This document shows, in pieces, positions 10,641-20,959 of a DNA stretch of 53,553 bases; positions within the stretch are counted from its first letter, which is position 1; every line of letters starts with the position of its first letter. Origin of the DNA: an uncultured bacterium. Lineage in GTDB: Bacteria > Hinthialibacterota > Hinthialibacteria > Hinthialibacterales > Hinthialibacteraceae. The notes under the pieces are model-generated. The model was not told the origin of the DNA. It made no database searches and saw only the letters and a program-made list of their open reading frames with translations. The stretch spans positions 1 through 53,553 of the forward strand of contig CAZSIZ010000003.1 in assembly GCA_964606645.1 (NCBI GenBank), written 5' to 3'. Both the position numbers and the translations under genes were made by a program.

Positions 10641-11657
10641 CTACTCCGAATAAACCGCCCGTTTGATACCACGAACGATATCCTCCACTTGCGGGACCGA
10701 CGCCCGTTCCAATGCTTCATTATAGGGAATCGGCGTATTTTGTCCGGCAATAATCTCAATAGGAGCGTCCAGGTAATCGAAGGCCTCCGCCTGGATGATC
10801 GAAGCGATGTCCGACGCCACTCCCCCGCGCCGAATCGCTTCTTGAACGATCACGGCGTGGCCGGTTTTTCTCACCGATTCCAGAATCAACTCCACGTCGA
10901 GCGGAACGAGCGTCCGGGGATCGATGATTTCAACATAGATTCCTTGTTGAGCGAGTTGTTCGGCGGCCTCCAGCGACCGGAGAACCATGTTCGACCACGC
11001 GATCACAGTCACATCCTTCCCGACCCGTTTAATATCCCCCCGCCCAAGTTCGATGACATAATCTTCGGCGGGTACATCGCCCTTGGTGGTATAGAGCAAT
11101 TTGTGCTCGATGAAGATCACCGGCTCGTCGTCAAGGATCGCGCTTTTCAATAAGCCTTTGGCATCGCGGGGCGTGGACGGCATCACCAACTTCAAGCCGG
11201 GGATGTGATAGAAAAGCGCTTCAAGGGACTGCGAATGCTGGGCGGCGACTCCCGTCCCGCTGCCCCCTTGCGTACGCACGACGAGAGGAACCGTTCCCTT
11301 GCCGCCCGTCATGAACTTGTACTTGGCCGCCTGGTTGACGATCTGATCCATCGTCAGCAGGGCGAAATCCACGAAGAGAATCTCGACAACCGGCCTCATA
11401 CCCGTAATTGCCGCACCAACTCCGACTCCTGTAAAACTGGCCTCCGCGATGGGCGTGTCGATCACCCGTTTGGGACCGAACTCATCCAGCAGGCCGACGG
11501 TCACTTTGTACGACCCTCCCCGCTCGGCGATTCCCTCACCGAGTATGAAGACCGCCGGGTCGCGGCGCATCTCTTCAAGCAGCGCTTCGTTCAAGGCCTC
11601 GCGGTATAATAAAGTACGGGATTCTTCTTTGAATGCCGTTGAATTCGACGCCGCCAT
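10641..11657 (-). CDS. TPP-dependent dehydrogenase E1 beta subunit (AcoB/PdhB-like)
   Basis: DTPIAE, RPVVEI.F.DF, AAQHSQSLE, IDPRTLVPLD. Confidence 0.93.
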   Translation of the reverse strand: MAASNSTAFKEESRTLLYREALNEALLEEMRRDPAVFILGEGIAERGGSYKVTVGLLDEFGPKRVIDTPIAEASFTGVGVGAAITGMRPVVEILFVDFALLTMDQIVNQAAKYKFMTGGKGTVPLVVRTQGGSGTGVAAQHSQSLEALFYHIPGLKLVMPSTPRDAKGLLKSAILDDEPVIFIEHKLLYTTKGDVPAEDYVIELGRGDIKRVGKDVTVIAWSNMVLRSLEAAEQLAQQGIYVEIIDPRTLVPLDVELILESVRKTGHAVIVQEAIRRGGVASDIASIIQAEAFDYLDAPIEIIAGQNTPIPYNEALERASVPQVEDIVRGIKRAVYSE

Positions 11658-12625
11658 CAGTAAGTCTCAATTTCCTCTAAAAAGGATTGTACGGAAGGTT
11701 CGGGGCTATTCGACGCATACTCGATCGCTTCGGCCATCGCTCGTTCCACATCCGCTTCGATGGCCTGAACGGCCTCTTCCGAAACACCGCCTTGCTCGAT
11801 CAGAAGAGCACGTCCCTGTTTGACGGGGTCTTTCTCTCGATAGTAATCCCGACGCTCCTGGGGCATATATTTTCCTGGATCGTTGCAATGATGCCCGCCG
11901 TGCCGGTACGTTTTCGCTTCCAGCAGAACGGGCCCCTTCCCTTTCTGGCATTGGGCGATGGCGTCCTTCGTGTATTCGTACATTTGTAACACATCGTTGC
12001 CGTCCACTTGGAACGACGGCACACCGCAGGCTTCGCCTTTCCTGAATAAGTCCGGAATGCGGGTCGAGTGTTCGATCGGGGTGGAAACGGCGTATTGGTT
12101 ATTCTCGATCACGAGTATGAAGGGCACGTTCCAGATCGCCGCCAGGTTCAACGCTTCACCGAATACCCCATTATTAACCCCGCCGTCCGAGACGAATGCC
12201 ACCGCCACCCGGTCTTCATTGCGGATCGATGCCCCCAACGCCGCCCCGACACCCAGAGGAATGCCGCCGCCCACAATACCGTTCGCGCCCAGGTTCCCGG
12301 TGGCGATATCCGCGATGTGCATCGATCCACCCCGTCCGGCGCAGTAGCCGGACTCTTTACCGAAGAGTTCGGCGGTCATTAATTTAAGGTCGGCGCCACG
12401 GGCGATGCAGTGGCCGTGGCCGCGATGGGTGCTGACGATGTAATCGGATTCCCGCAGCGCGGCGCAGATCCCCACCGCGATGGCTTCTTCCCCCAGATAG
12501 GGATGGAAATAACCCCGGATCGAGCCGTCCCGGTACAACGGGATGCACCGTTCCTCGAACACCCGAATGGTGTAAAGGGCTTTAAAGAGTTGGGTCAAGA
12601 ACGATCGATCGTACATAAACGACAC
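11657..12625 (-). CDS. TPP-dependent dehydrogenase E1 alpha subunit (AcoA/PdhA-like)
   Basis: STHRGHGH, GRGGSMH, TPP motif SDG...ENNQY, TYRHGGH; stop overlaps the E1 beta start. Confidence 0.93.
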   Translation of the reverse strand: MSFMYDRSFLTQLFKALYTIRVFEERCIPLYRDGSIRGYFHPYLGEEAIAVGICAALRESDYIVSTHRGHGHCIARGADLKLMTAELFGKESGYCAGRGGSMHIADIATGNLGANGIVGGGIPLGVGAALGASIRNEDRVAVAFVSDGGVNNGVFGEALNLAAIWNVPFILVIENNQYAVSTPIEHSTRIPDLFRKGEACGVPSFQVDGNDVLQMYEYTKDAIAQCQKGKGPVLLEAKTYRHGGHHCNDPGKYMPQERRDYYREKDPVKQGRALLIEQGGVSEEAVQAIEADVERAMAEAIEYASNSPEPSVQSFLEEIETY

Positions 12626-12634
12626 CTGTCATAT

Positions 12635-13360
12635 TCATCGTTTGGCCGTGACGGTGAACTGGTAGATATCCCCCCGGTAAAAAGACTGCTCCATTTCCAG
12701 AATCAATTCCTTCCCCCCGAACGTAACGCCATCCACGCGAAACGCCGGGACCGACTCATCCAGATCGAAATAGGTCAAGACGTCTCTCGCCAGCATCACG
12801 GCGCTCAATTCCTGCTGGATTTCGTAGAGCTGCAGTGCATATTCCTTCTCGTAAATTTCGTATAAGGAACGCTCCAGATCGTGTTTGTGAAGGCCGGGGC
12901 AAAATCGAGTGGAGATGTATCGGGTCTCGAACATAATCGGCACATCGTCTCCCAGCCTCAGCCGTTGAATTTTACAGAGTGGGCCTTCCAGTGTGTATTG
13001 ACGGTTGTTGATCGAGATCGAGCGGGACGGTTCGAATAAGTGAAGTCCGACCAGTTTCGTCGAGGGCGTTCGTCCCGCCTCGATCATGTTTTTCGTAAAA
13101 CCGAGAATCCGTGTAGCCGAACGCTCGATCGTACGGTTTCGGACAAACGTGCCTTTGCCTTTGATGCGCGTTACCCAGCCCGATTGCTCCAATTCCTGGA
13201 GCGCTTTGCGGGCGGTCGTATTACTGACACTGTATGCTTCGATGATTTCGTTTTCCGATGGAATCTTGGCTCCGGGCGTTAAATCGCCTTGCTGGATACG
13301 CTCGATTGTATCTCGGCTGATCCGGTAATACTTTGGAATTGTCTTCGATCGTTCGGGCAT
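12635..13360 (-). CDS. GntR family (HutC/UTRA) transcriptional regulator
   Basis: wHTH IPSENE...VS..TARKAL..L...G...R.KGKGTFV plus UTRA; likely start ATG 13360, since the longer ORF overlaps the upstream gene. Confidence 0.92.
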   Translation of the reverse strand: MPERSKTIPKYYRISRDTIERIQQGDLTPGAKIPSENEIIEAYSVSNTTARKALQELEQSGWVTRIKGKGTFVRNRTIERSATRILGFTKNMIEAGRTPSTKLVGLHLFEPSRSISINNRQYTLEGPLCKIQRLRLGDDVPIMFETRYISTRFCPGLHKHDLERSLYEIYEKEYALQLYEIQQELSAVMLARDVLTYFDLDESVPAFRVDGVTFGGKELILEMEQSFYRGDIYQFTVTAKR

Positions 13361-13425
13361 TGGTTTTACCGTTGAATCGTGAATACCAAAGGCATCAAAT
13401 TTCAATATTCCCTCGGTTTCGCGAA

Positions 13426-15780
13426 TTATTTCTCTGTGACATTCAGAAAAATATCCAGTCTCGGCGCTTTCCAACTGTAAGGTTTGGCGAGGATATCGTA
13501 ATCGCCGTCACCGTCTAAATCCGCCATCTTCCCTTCATGAACCCCCTGCCCTTCCTTGACGATATGATGGGTAAAGTTCCCTTGGCCGTCTCCGAGCATG
13601 ATGCGAATTTTAGATTTCGGATTGCCCTCCCCGAAGCGCATTTCCGCACTGAACACATCCAGATGTCCGTCGTGGTTCACATCGAGAACCTGGATCGTAT
13701 GCCCGTTATCGAGTTCGTCGATCAGCAGCTTGCGGAACCAGGTCCCTTTTCCACGCCACTCGTATAAATACATGGCCGCTTTTCCGTCACCCACCACGAG
13801 GATGACTTCGGGGCGTCCCCCTTCGATGAACTGACCGACGGCCGAGCGGCTGAACGTGTAGCTGCTGTCAATGATATTCGCAGTGAAAGATCCATTCTTC
13901 GAGTATTTAAACCAGAGTCCACCCCCGACAATATCTTCAAGACCGTCTCCGTCGATGTCGATTTTCGCCAAGCCTTCGTACTCGTTGACGCCTTTCCAAC
14001 GCGGATATCCTTCATAGCCGATTTGCTGCATTTCACTATCGGATTGATAAGTGTAAATGGGGTGATAATCCCATCGCTCCGCTGTTTTGGGATTGCTGGG
14101 AATCTCCGCTAATAACAATTGCCGCGCGCCCTGATTCCAGAAAACCAGTTCGGTTTTCCCATCTCCATCGAAATCGCCGAATAGCTGGTCGTGGTGTTTT
14201 TTCGCGCCGGTATTCTTGATGATGCGCCGGGTCCAGGGCTTATCCCGCTCGAATTTTGGGTATGGATTTTCCCACCACCAGACTTCGTTGCTGCGGCCCT
14301 CACCGCCGAAAACGATATCGAGATCGCCGTCACCGTCGATGTCGTGTTTGGCCGATCCGGCTTCAATGCGCATGGGATCCGAATCGACGATGTATCGGTT
14401 CCACGTTTTATTTTCATAGCGATATAATACAACGCCTGGAGCCTTCGTCCGTTCGGTGATGACAAAATCTTGATCCCCGTCGTTGTCCACATCGACGATC
14501 AGACTCGCCGTTTGCTGGCCGCCCTTATTCGGTATTTCCAGATCGCCGCTGGCTGAGGAAAGATGCTTCCAATCGAACCGGCTCGTCACGGCGTCATTGC
14601 GCCAGACATGCAGGAATTTGTAATTGTCCCAGGCGTGTCCGATGATATCCAGATCGCCGTCGCTATCCAAATCGACCAGTTTCGTTCCTAAATGACACTC
14701 TTTTCCACGGTCGATTTCACGCACCTGGAATTTTCCTTTGCCGTTGTTTTCGAATAGTTGCAGAAGCAAGTTCGGTCCCTTATGTTCGTTGGTGACGATG
14801 TCGATATCGCCGTCCCCGTCCAGGTCGCCGATATCGAGATTGTTCATCGAGTATTGTTCGATCAATTCATGGCGTTTCCATTTGGAATTATCTTGCGATT
14901 CGAACCAGTACAATTTCGCGTCCGGTTCCTTTCCCGGCGAGCGTTCTTCGGAAATGACGACGTCGAGTTTTCCGTCGGCGTTGAGATCGCCGATTTTAAC
15001 GCGATCGATTGCATGATCCGTGTTCCCGATCCGATGTTGAATCCACGAACCGCCCCGATTCCCTGGATTCTCCCACCAGGACAGCGCGGTGGGGTGCTTC
15101 TCTCCTTCGGGAATATCTCCGCAGACGAGATCGAGATCGTTGTCGCCATCGATATCGGCGGCGGCGAATCCTTCATCCGATTGGCTTTTGATGAGGCGTT
15201 TAAAATGCCAGTTGCCTGGAAAAGGTTTACCGGGGATTTCGGCGCAGTAGATTCCATCTTCGGCAGTGAGCAGAATTTCGGGTTTCCCGCCTTGAATGAC
15301 ATCGGCGATTAAATACCCTTGCCCGTTGCGATGGCCGGTTTTCGGCAGCGTAGCGATTTTCATCGCTTTCCACGCATTCCCATGTAAATCCTCGGCTTCG
15401 AGCCAGTAGACATCCGGCAGCGCTTCGGCGATGACATCCGCGAATTCATCGCCGTCCACATCGGTGAAGAGCATCCCGTCCACGTTGAAACCCAGATCGA
15501 TTCTTCCCCAGGCTTGAGTCATGTCAGCACCCGGATTGCGGTAGACGTAACGTCCGGAAACAATGTCCTGGAAGCCGTCACGGTTGATATCGAACGTGTC
15601 GAGTCCGAAATACCGCAGCCATTCCGGTTCGTCCCAGTCTCCGAATCTGGCCCGCGAATCATCGACTTGAATATAGGTCCATCGGTCTAAGGGTAATATT
15701 CCGCTCTCCGCAAAGGGAGACGGTGAAGCGATCGCTGAATAAACGATCGATACGAGTAACGACATTCGACGTAAATACAT
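13426..15780 (-). CDS. Secreted FG-GAP/VCBS repeat protein (probably two beta-propeller modules)
   Basis: Signal peptide; more than 10 DxDGDGxxD Ca-binding repeats. Confidence 0.88.
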   Translation of the reverse strand: MYLRRMSLLVSIVYSAIASPSPFAESGILPLDRWTYIQVDDSRARFGDWDEPEWLRYFGLDTFDINRDGFQDIVSGRYVYRNPGADMTQAWGRIDLGFNVDGMLFTDVDGDEFADVIAEALPDVYWLEAEDLHGNAWKAMKIATLPKTGHRNGQGYLIADVIQGGKPEILLTAEDGIYCAEIPGKPFPGNWHFKRLIKSQSDEGFAAADIDGDNDLDLVCGDIPEGEKHPTALSWWENPGNRGGSWIQHRIGNTDHAIDRVKIGDLNADGKLDVVISEERSPGKEPDAKLYWFESQDNSKWKRHELIEQYSMNNLDIGDLDGDGDIDIVTNEHKGPNLLLQLFENNGKGKFQVREIDRGKECHLGTKLVDLDSDGDLDIIGHAWDNYKFLHVWRNDAVTSRFDWKHLSSASGDLEIPNKGGQQTASLIVDVDNDGDQDFVITERTKAPGVVLYRYENKTWNRYIVDSDPMRIEAGSAKHDIDGDGDLDIVFGGEGRSNEVWWWENPYPKFERDKPWTRRIIKNTGAKKHHDQLFGDFDGDGKTELVFWNQGARQLLLAEIPSNPKTAERWDYHPIYTYQSDSEMQQIGYEGYPRWKGVNEYEGLAKIDIDGDGLEDIVGGGLWFKYSKNGSFTANIIDSSYTFSRSAVGQFIEGGRPEVILVVGDGKAAMYLYEWRGKGTWFRKLLIDELDNGHTIQVLDVNHDGHLDVFSAEMRFGEGNPKSKIRIMLGDGQGNFTHHIVKEGQGVHEGKMADLDGDGDYDILAKPYSWKAPRLDIFLNVTEK

Positions 15781-15833
15781 GATGATTTTTACCTTTCAAA
15801 CAGTAAATGAATAATCGATTTTTCCAATTGATT

Positions 15834-16727
15834 TCAATTACTTCGATTTGAATTCATGTTGTTTTCAAGAATCGTCTCGATATGCTTTTTGATGAGCGCG
15901 TGGCCGTTCGTTAAATCCACGATTTTCTTTTCAAAAAATCCGATGCAGAAACGAGTGTTTATTTTTTGCATTAAAGGCGTGGCTTTTTCCGCCCGGCCGA
16001 ACCCGAAAACAACCATACCATCGGGCGAGCCGATCCCTTCCTCTGTGTTGCCTAAATAGGAGAAGAAATCGGGATGCTCGTCTTCGTGTTGCTGAGCGAC
16101 AAAAAGCACCCGCTCGCACGAACGGTCTCCAAAGTAAGCCCATTGCCATGATTCGATGATTTTAGTCCCGTTGTACAGGTCCGGTTTCTCGAAACGCGGC
16201 CCGGATGTATTCGTTCCCCAATAGTGATTGTTTGGATCGAACGTGTCCGCAATGGGGCCTTCATAAAGAAACCAATAGGCGTGGGAAGGATCCACTTTCT
16301 CAACGGTCAGCCGCGCGTAATCGTTGAAAAACGACCACGACCATTGCCATTGTCCGCTGTGGCTCACCGTGCGAATGGTATTGGCATCGACTTGCGTACT
16401 CGTACAAATATCGAAACCGGGGTGTCCGGCTCCTCCATCCTCACTTTTAAAAACGAGATTGGGCACACCCCGGTAATCTCCCGCCGCCGAAGCCGGGTAG
16501 GAGGTTTTATCCAACTTTTTAAACTGAATCCAATCACAGCCGTCCCGGTCGATCAAACTCGAAAATCCGCCCGCGTTTTTTTCGAGAATGTATACGGCGG
16601 ACGGCGTAGTAATCTTATAACATTCAACGTGGTGATGAACGGTCTCGCGAATGACGATTTCATCGGCACCCGAAGAAAGAATCATGACGGAAGAGATAAA
16701 AAGTAAAACGAATCGATTGAAAAACAT
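15834..16727 (-). CDS. Secreted hypothetical protein, aromatic-rich beta-sandwich
   Basis: GGAGG RBS, signal peptide, co-oriented with the FG-GAP gene. Confidence 0.75.
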   Translation of the reverse strand: MFFNRFVLLFISSVMILSSGADEIVIRETVHHHVECYKITTPSAVYILEKNAGGFSSLIDRDGCDWIQFKKLDKTSYPASAAGDYRGVPNLVFKSEDGGAGHPGFDICTSTQVDANTIRTVSHSGQWQWSWSFFNDYARLTVEKVDPSHAYWFLYEGPIADTFDPNNHYWGTNTSGPRFEKPDLYNGTKIIESWQWAYFGDRSCERVLFVAQQHEDEHPDFFSYLGNTEEGIGSPDGMVVFGFGRAEKATPLMQKINTRFCIGFFEKKIVDLTNGHALIKKHIETILENNMNSNRSN

Positions 16728-16832
16728 CGATAAACCTCCAACACGTTCCGCAGCCCTTCAACAGGGAAAAACCAGCGAGTGTGCAAGCCATCTCATCTCG
16801 ATGGAATTTCAAAAGCGTCTCATTCTCCCAGG

Positions 16833-18620
16833 TTAGTAGATCGACCACTCACGGACATCCGTTTCATCTCCCACAAACGGCCCGGCGTTGTAGTTCTTGG
16901 ATACGTCCTCAGCCGTGAGCGCCCGATTGTATATCGCAACAAGATGGAGCTGCCCCAGCCAGGCACGCGCCGCAGAGACTTCGTTGCCTAAACCGAATTT
17001 ATAGGTTGTGTCCCAGGTGGAGAATCCCCCCTCGACGAATTCCACTTCATCGCTCAACACCAGCCATTCGTTGTTGACGTAGCCATTCACTTCCCACGCC
17101 TGACTGCGGGTAAAGACGACATGCGTCAGGGCTTCGGTGAACGTTCCCCGGTCGGTGTTGACCGAGATCACTTGCTTTGGATTCCCGTCGGCGATATCGG
17201 TTCGATACCGCATTTCAAATCGGTCGCCACCGGCGTTGTAGTGCCCCTGGCCTAACGTAAAGTTCCGGTCCGAGGCGTCGATGGAGCAGGTGATAATCCG
17301 GGCGGGGCCGTTCTGATTGATGTTCGAGGTTTTGATCCAGCCTTCGATCGTAATCTCATCGGTGGCGATGCACGCCTCGATCAATTTCAACGCCGGTCCT
17401 TCCGTTTCGATATGATTGACACCGGTCGTTTCTAAAAAGCCATCGCCCCAGAAAACTTTGTCGATTTGCTCGATGGTTAAATCCATCGGTTCTCCCATCC
17501 CCGATCGGTCGTGAACGACTTCCCCGCCGCCCTCATCGAAAGGATAAAAGAGAACCAAACCGTCGCTCACCCGGTCGCCACCCGTAATATTCAAAAACGG
17601 CAGCAAATCGACTCCGGCGATTTCGACACTCTCTTTGACATGGCCTGTCCATTCGGCAAACTCGGATGGCGCGGAAGGCGCGGTCACTTGGTAAGCAACC
17701 GTCGTTTCACCCACCGGAAGATTGCTGAGATTCCATTGTATCACACCGTTGCTTTCCGTTCCGCCGTTGCTGACCTCACTGATGGCCCATCCTTCAGGCG
17801 GGATTTCTTCGATCGTCGCAGTCGATCGGTCCTCTCCCGATACATAAACGTTAATTTTCACGCCGATGGTGTCGTTCTCTTTATAGGACTGCTGAGAAAA
17901 ATTCCGTTGAGCGACCGGGGGCGTGGAAACGAAGGAGACACTGCTGGCTTCCACCTCACCGATTTCTTCATCGTCGGCACCGCTCCCGACAGCGATCCCG
18001 AATGCGGCGGTATCGGAAGGCCATTTCATCGTTTGGCTGTCGGCGATGTACCAAGTCTGACCGTCCGGGGAATATTCTCCAAAGAACATATCGACCGGTT
18101 CGATGCGGGTCACACGGAACCACATCCCTTCGCCCGTGTCTTGAATCGGTTCCTCGTCCGGCCCGAATAACTGGAGTGTCACGTTCCCGGAAGCACCCGT
18201 CCGCGTTCGGAAAAGCGCATTAACGGATTCTCCGACCACGCCGCCGAACTGGACCGAATAGAAATTGGAAGCGGGATCATCGGCGTTTTCACGGATCATG
18301 AGCGCACTCGGCCCCCATACCGGATAGAGTTTCGCTTGCAGCGACCAGCTTCCCGTCTTATCCGTGTAAAGATAAAATCCTTCATCCCCCGCGACGCCAT
18401 AGCCTTCTTCGATGCGAAGTCCAAACGATCCATTTCCGGTAACCCGGTATTGGGCGTTCGCTCCCGATCCTTCGACGATCGCTTCCCCCTCGACGTGCGA
18501 ATTCCCGATTTGCGGCCAATCCACGGTTTGGTCGAACAACTCGAATTGAGCGTACACCGGAGCGGTTAACAGAAGTGTCACGATAGTTAATGGAATACTC
18601 ACGACTGATATTTTACTCAT
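16833..18620 (-). CDS. Secreted multi-domain lectin-like protein (C-terminal LamG/ConA domain), C-terminal TDVREWSIY motif
   Basis: Signal peptide VYA-Q; LamG signatures YPFDEG.G..V.D.SG, ITIEGW, VAIYNRALTA; start 18620 after GGAG (alt 18635). Confidence 0.85.
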   Translation of the reverse strand: MSKISVVSIPLTIVTLLLTAPVYAQFELFDQTVDWPQIGNSHVEGEAIVEGSGANAQYRVTGNGSFGLRIEEGYGVAGDEGFYLYTDKTGSWSLQAKLYPVWGPSALMIRENADDPASNFYSVQFGGVVGESVNALFRTRTGASGNVTLQLFGPDEEPIQDTGEGMWFRVTRIEPVDMFFGEYSPDGQTWYIADSQTMKWPSDTAAFGIAVGSGADDEEIGEVEASSVSFVSTPPVAQRNFSQQSYKENDTIGVKINVYVSGEDRSTATIEEIPPEGWAISEVSNGGTESNGVIQWNLSNLPVGETTVAYQVTAPSAPSEFAEWTGHVKESVEIAGVDLLPFLNITGGDRVSDGLVLFYPFDEGGGEVVHDRSGMGEPMDLTIEQIDKVFWGDGFLETTGVNHIETEGPALKLIEACIATDEITIEGWIKTSNINQNGPARIITCSIDASDRNFTLGQGHYNAGGDRFEMRYRTDIADGNPKQVISVNTDRGTFTEALTHVVFTRSQAWEVNGYVNNEWLVLSDEVEFVEGGFSTWDTTYKFGLGNEVSAARAWLGQLHLVAIYNRALTAEDVSKNYNAGPFVGDETDVREWSIY

Positions 18621-19148
18621 TGTGAAATTCTCCATTCCCCTGTTTTTTCGGAAACTTAACGCTCTAAGTTATTCGATTTATTCAAGAATGTCAACCGATA
18701 CCTATTCATTATTTCGATCAAACGATTTACTTTGCCCCTTGATAAAATATCGCCCCACAACCATCCAGCAAAACTGGAAAAACAAGAGACTTTTCAATCG
18801 GTCATTCAATGATTGTTCCCTCTATATCACATCTAATTCAAATATACCCCCATATTATCGTCTCTACACGAAGTCACTGATCGTCAACAGCAAGGAGCAG
18901 CAGTTTGCTAAGTCAAGACGGATCAGCATCAATAGAATTGGGCAATCCATTCATTGCACCTAACGCACTAAGATGGACACGTTGGGATGAAATTGATAAT
19001 TTTTCAGGTCAGAGAGGGACAAGGGAGAGCTAAAGCATATATTACGTGAGCGCTATCTCTTCAAAGAGATAAAGTTCGATACGTTCATGGCACACGCAGG
19101 CTTGGCATGCACGCTTCAGAGTATGTTAAGATACATTGAAAGTACGTT

Positions 19149-20666
19149 TTAATGAATCATCCAGTTGGATACCTTCGTGGCAGGCCCTCCCAGGATGAGT
19201 AATCCATAACTCGACTCGACATGCGGGGTTCCCTGCCAGCGGAGTTGATAGTCCGGTTCGCTTCCTTCGGGATCGTCGTCGTTCACCGCCAGATTGAATC
19301 CGACTTGCTCGAAACCGACAAGTGTTTCTTTCTTGAAGCGCATTTCACCCACCCATCCATTATCATTTTCAGTAGCCCAGGCCCACCAATCGGAGCCGTC
19401 ATCCTCGCCGATTAACGGAGAGTTTTGCGTATTGGAATCTCGAGTGGCGTTCCCTGCCGTCAACACGAATTGACCTTCAATATATTCGGCGCTGTCGTAC
19501 CGGTTATTACTTCCGTTCGATCCGTGGCTGAGGTCCTGGTCGATGAACACCTCGATCGAGTCATCGTGCCAGGTATTGGCGTTGTGCGATCCCTCCGGCT
19601 CAGTATCGTGAATCACCGCGTTATCTTCGACGATCACAGCGACGTATAGCCATGTCTCGTCGTGCATGATATGGGCCGTATAAGCGATATCGCCTTCCAG
19701 GGCAGGCATGATGTCTTCGATCAGCACGCCTTCGATCGGTGTAATATTCTCTACTGCCGCTTTCGCCCAATCCCCTTCATCCATCACCCCGTCGATTGCA
19801 ACCGGTCCGTCAACTAAAGGAGCGGTTAAGGTTCGGGGACCGAAATATAACGTGCCGTAGGTCGATTCGACGTGCGCCAAACCGGTCCATCGCAACTGAT
19901 AGCGGGGATCCGCGTCGTCATCGTCGTCGTTGATCGCGACATTAAAACCGACCGTCGATCCTTTTTGGGGATTCCCGATCTTCGACAGTTTGATTTTCAT
20001 TTCTACTTCGTATCCGGTATCAGTGATTTCCGCGATACCGTACCAATCGGCATCTTGCCCGAACGATGGATTTCCCGCTTCGTTGTCGCGTCGCGCGTTG
20101 ACGCAAGAGATCACGAACTGACCACCGGTGGCGAATTCACGATCCTGATCGGCCGAAGAAGCGCCGGTTAACGATTGATCGAATTTGCTGTGGTCGCCGT
20201 CGATGAAAATCTCCACCGAATCATCATTCCAGGTCGCTTCGTCTTCGCTGTCGGGAGCGGCGTCGTTATAGGCCACGACATCGTCAAGCACTCGCACGGC
20301 GATATAAAAGTATTCATCGTCGTATATCGTGTAAACCGTGCATGAGCAATCGTTGGTGTCGAACGGCACATCGTCGGGTTGGATGGAATCCACCACACCG
20401 GTTTGTTCGCCTAACCCTTCATAGGTGAGATCCCATTGAATGCTCCAAAAGGAACTCGTTGGACTCGAACTTTGGGGTGAATATTGCCATTCCGAACCAT
20501 CGATGAAGCCGTCAATGACCGGGGCGACTGTCCCTTGATCCGCGTAAAATGATACTGGAGCGGTCGTCATGTAGGGTGATTCGGCTGCGAATAAGGGTGT
20601 AAGTGATGCACTGGCAAGAATGAGTGAGAGGATTAAAACGTGAAACGAATGCGAATATTTCATCAT
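19149..20666 (-). CDS. Secreted protein with two tandem CBM9/DOMON-like sugar-binding domains, C-terminal TKVSNWMIH motif
   Basis: Duplicated IDG...EW, W.DDS.E.FID, VGFN.A.NDDD, YQLRW.G..HVES.YG; signal peptide; GGAGG RBS. Confidence 0.88.
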   Translation of the reverse strand: MMKYSHSFHVLILSLILASASLTPLFAAESPYMTTAPVSFYADQGTVAPVIDGFIDGSEWQYSPQSSSPTSSFWSIQWDLTYEGLGEQTGVVDSIQPDDVPFDTNDCSCTVYTIYDDEYFYIAVRVLDDVVAYNDAAPDSEDEATWNDDSVEIFIDGDHSKFDQSLTGASSADQDREFATGGQFVISCVNARRDNEAGNPSFGQDADWYGIAEITDTGYEVEMKIKLSKIGNPQKGSTVGFNVAINDDDDDADPRYQLRWTGLAHVESTYGTLYFGPRTLTAPLVDGPVAIDGVMDEGDWAKAAVENITPIEGVLIEDIMPALEGDIAYTAHIMHDETWLYVAVIVEDNAVIHDTEPEGSHNANTWHDDSIEVFIDQDLSHGSNGSNNRYDSAEYIEGQFVLTAGNATRDSNTQNSPLIGEDDGSDWWAWATENDNGWVGEMRFKKETLVGFEQVGFNLAVNDDDPEGSEPDYQLRWQGTPHVESSYGLLILGGPATKVSNWMIH

Positions 20667-20959
20667 GTCCCTCCAAATTCTTAATCTATCCAGATTATTC
20701 CACTGGACCGGGATTTGAATCCCGTTTTTATAATACGGGCATTTTCACACATAGTAAAAGCGGCTGTCAACCGAATAACCAGTAATTGCATCGATTTATT
20801 GAAAGAAAATGTTTAATTTCTTTATTGATTGCATATAAACAATGAGTCTCAATCCCCGTTGAGGTTCCCTGATTTGAGCCATCTTGTCCCGATCATCGAT
20901 TCTATGGTTAACTTTAGTCAGAGAGAAACATGCAGTGATATGACAAATATAGAATGGCG

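Noticed and set aside
18640-19145. ORF 18622-18963 or an ncRNA in the long spacer
   Set aside because: AT-rich, no RBS, no motif or convincing structure
20709-20730. Hairpin CGGGATTtgAATCCCG-TTTTT as terminator
   Set aside because: U-tract is on the plus strand while both flanking genes are on the minus strand; function unclear
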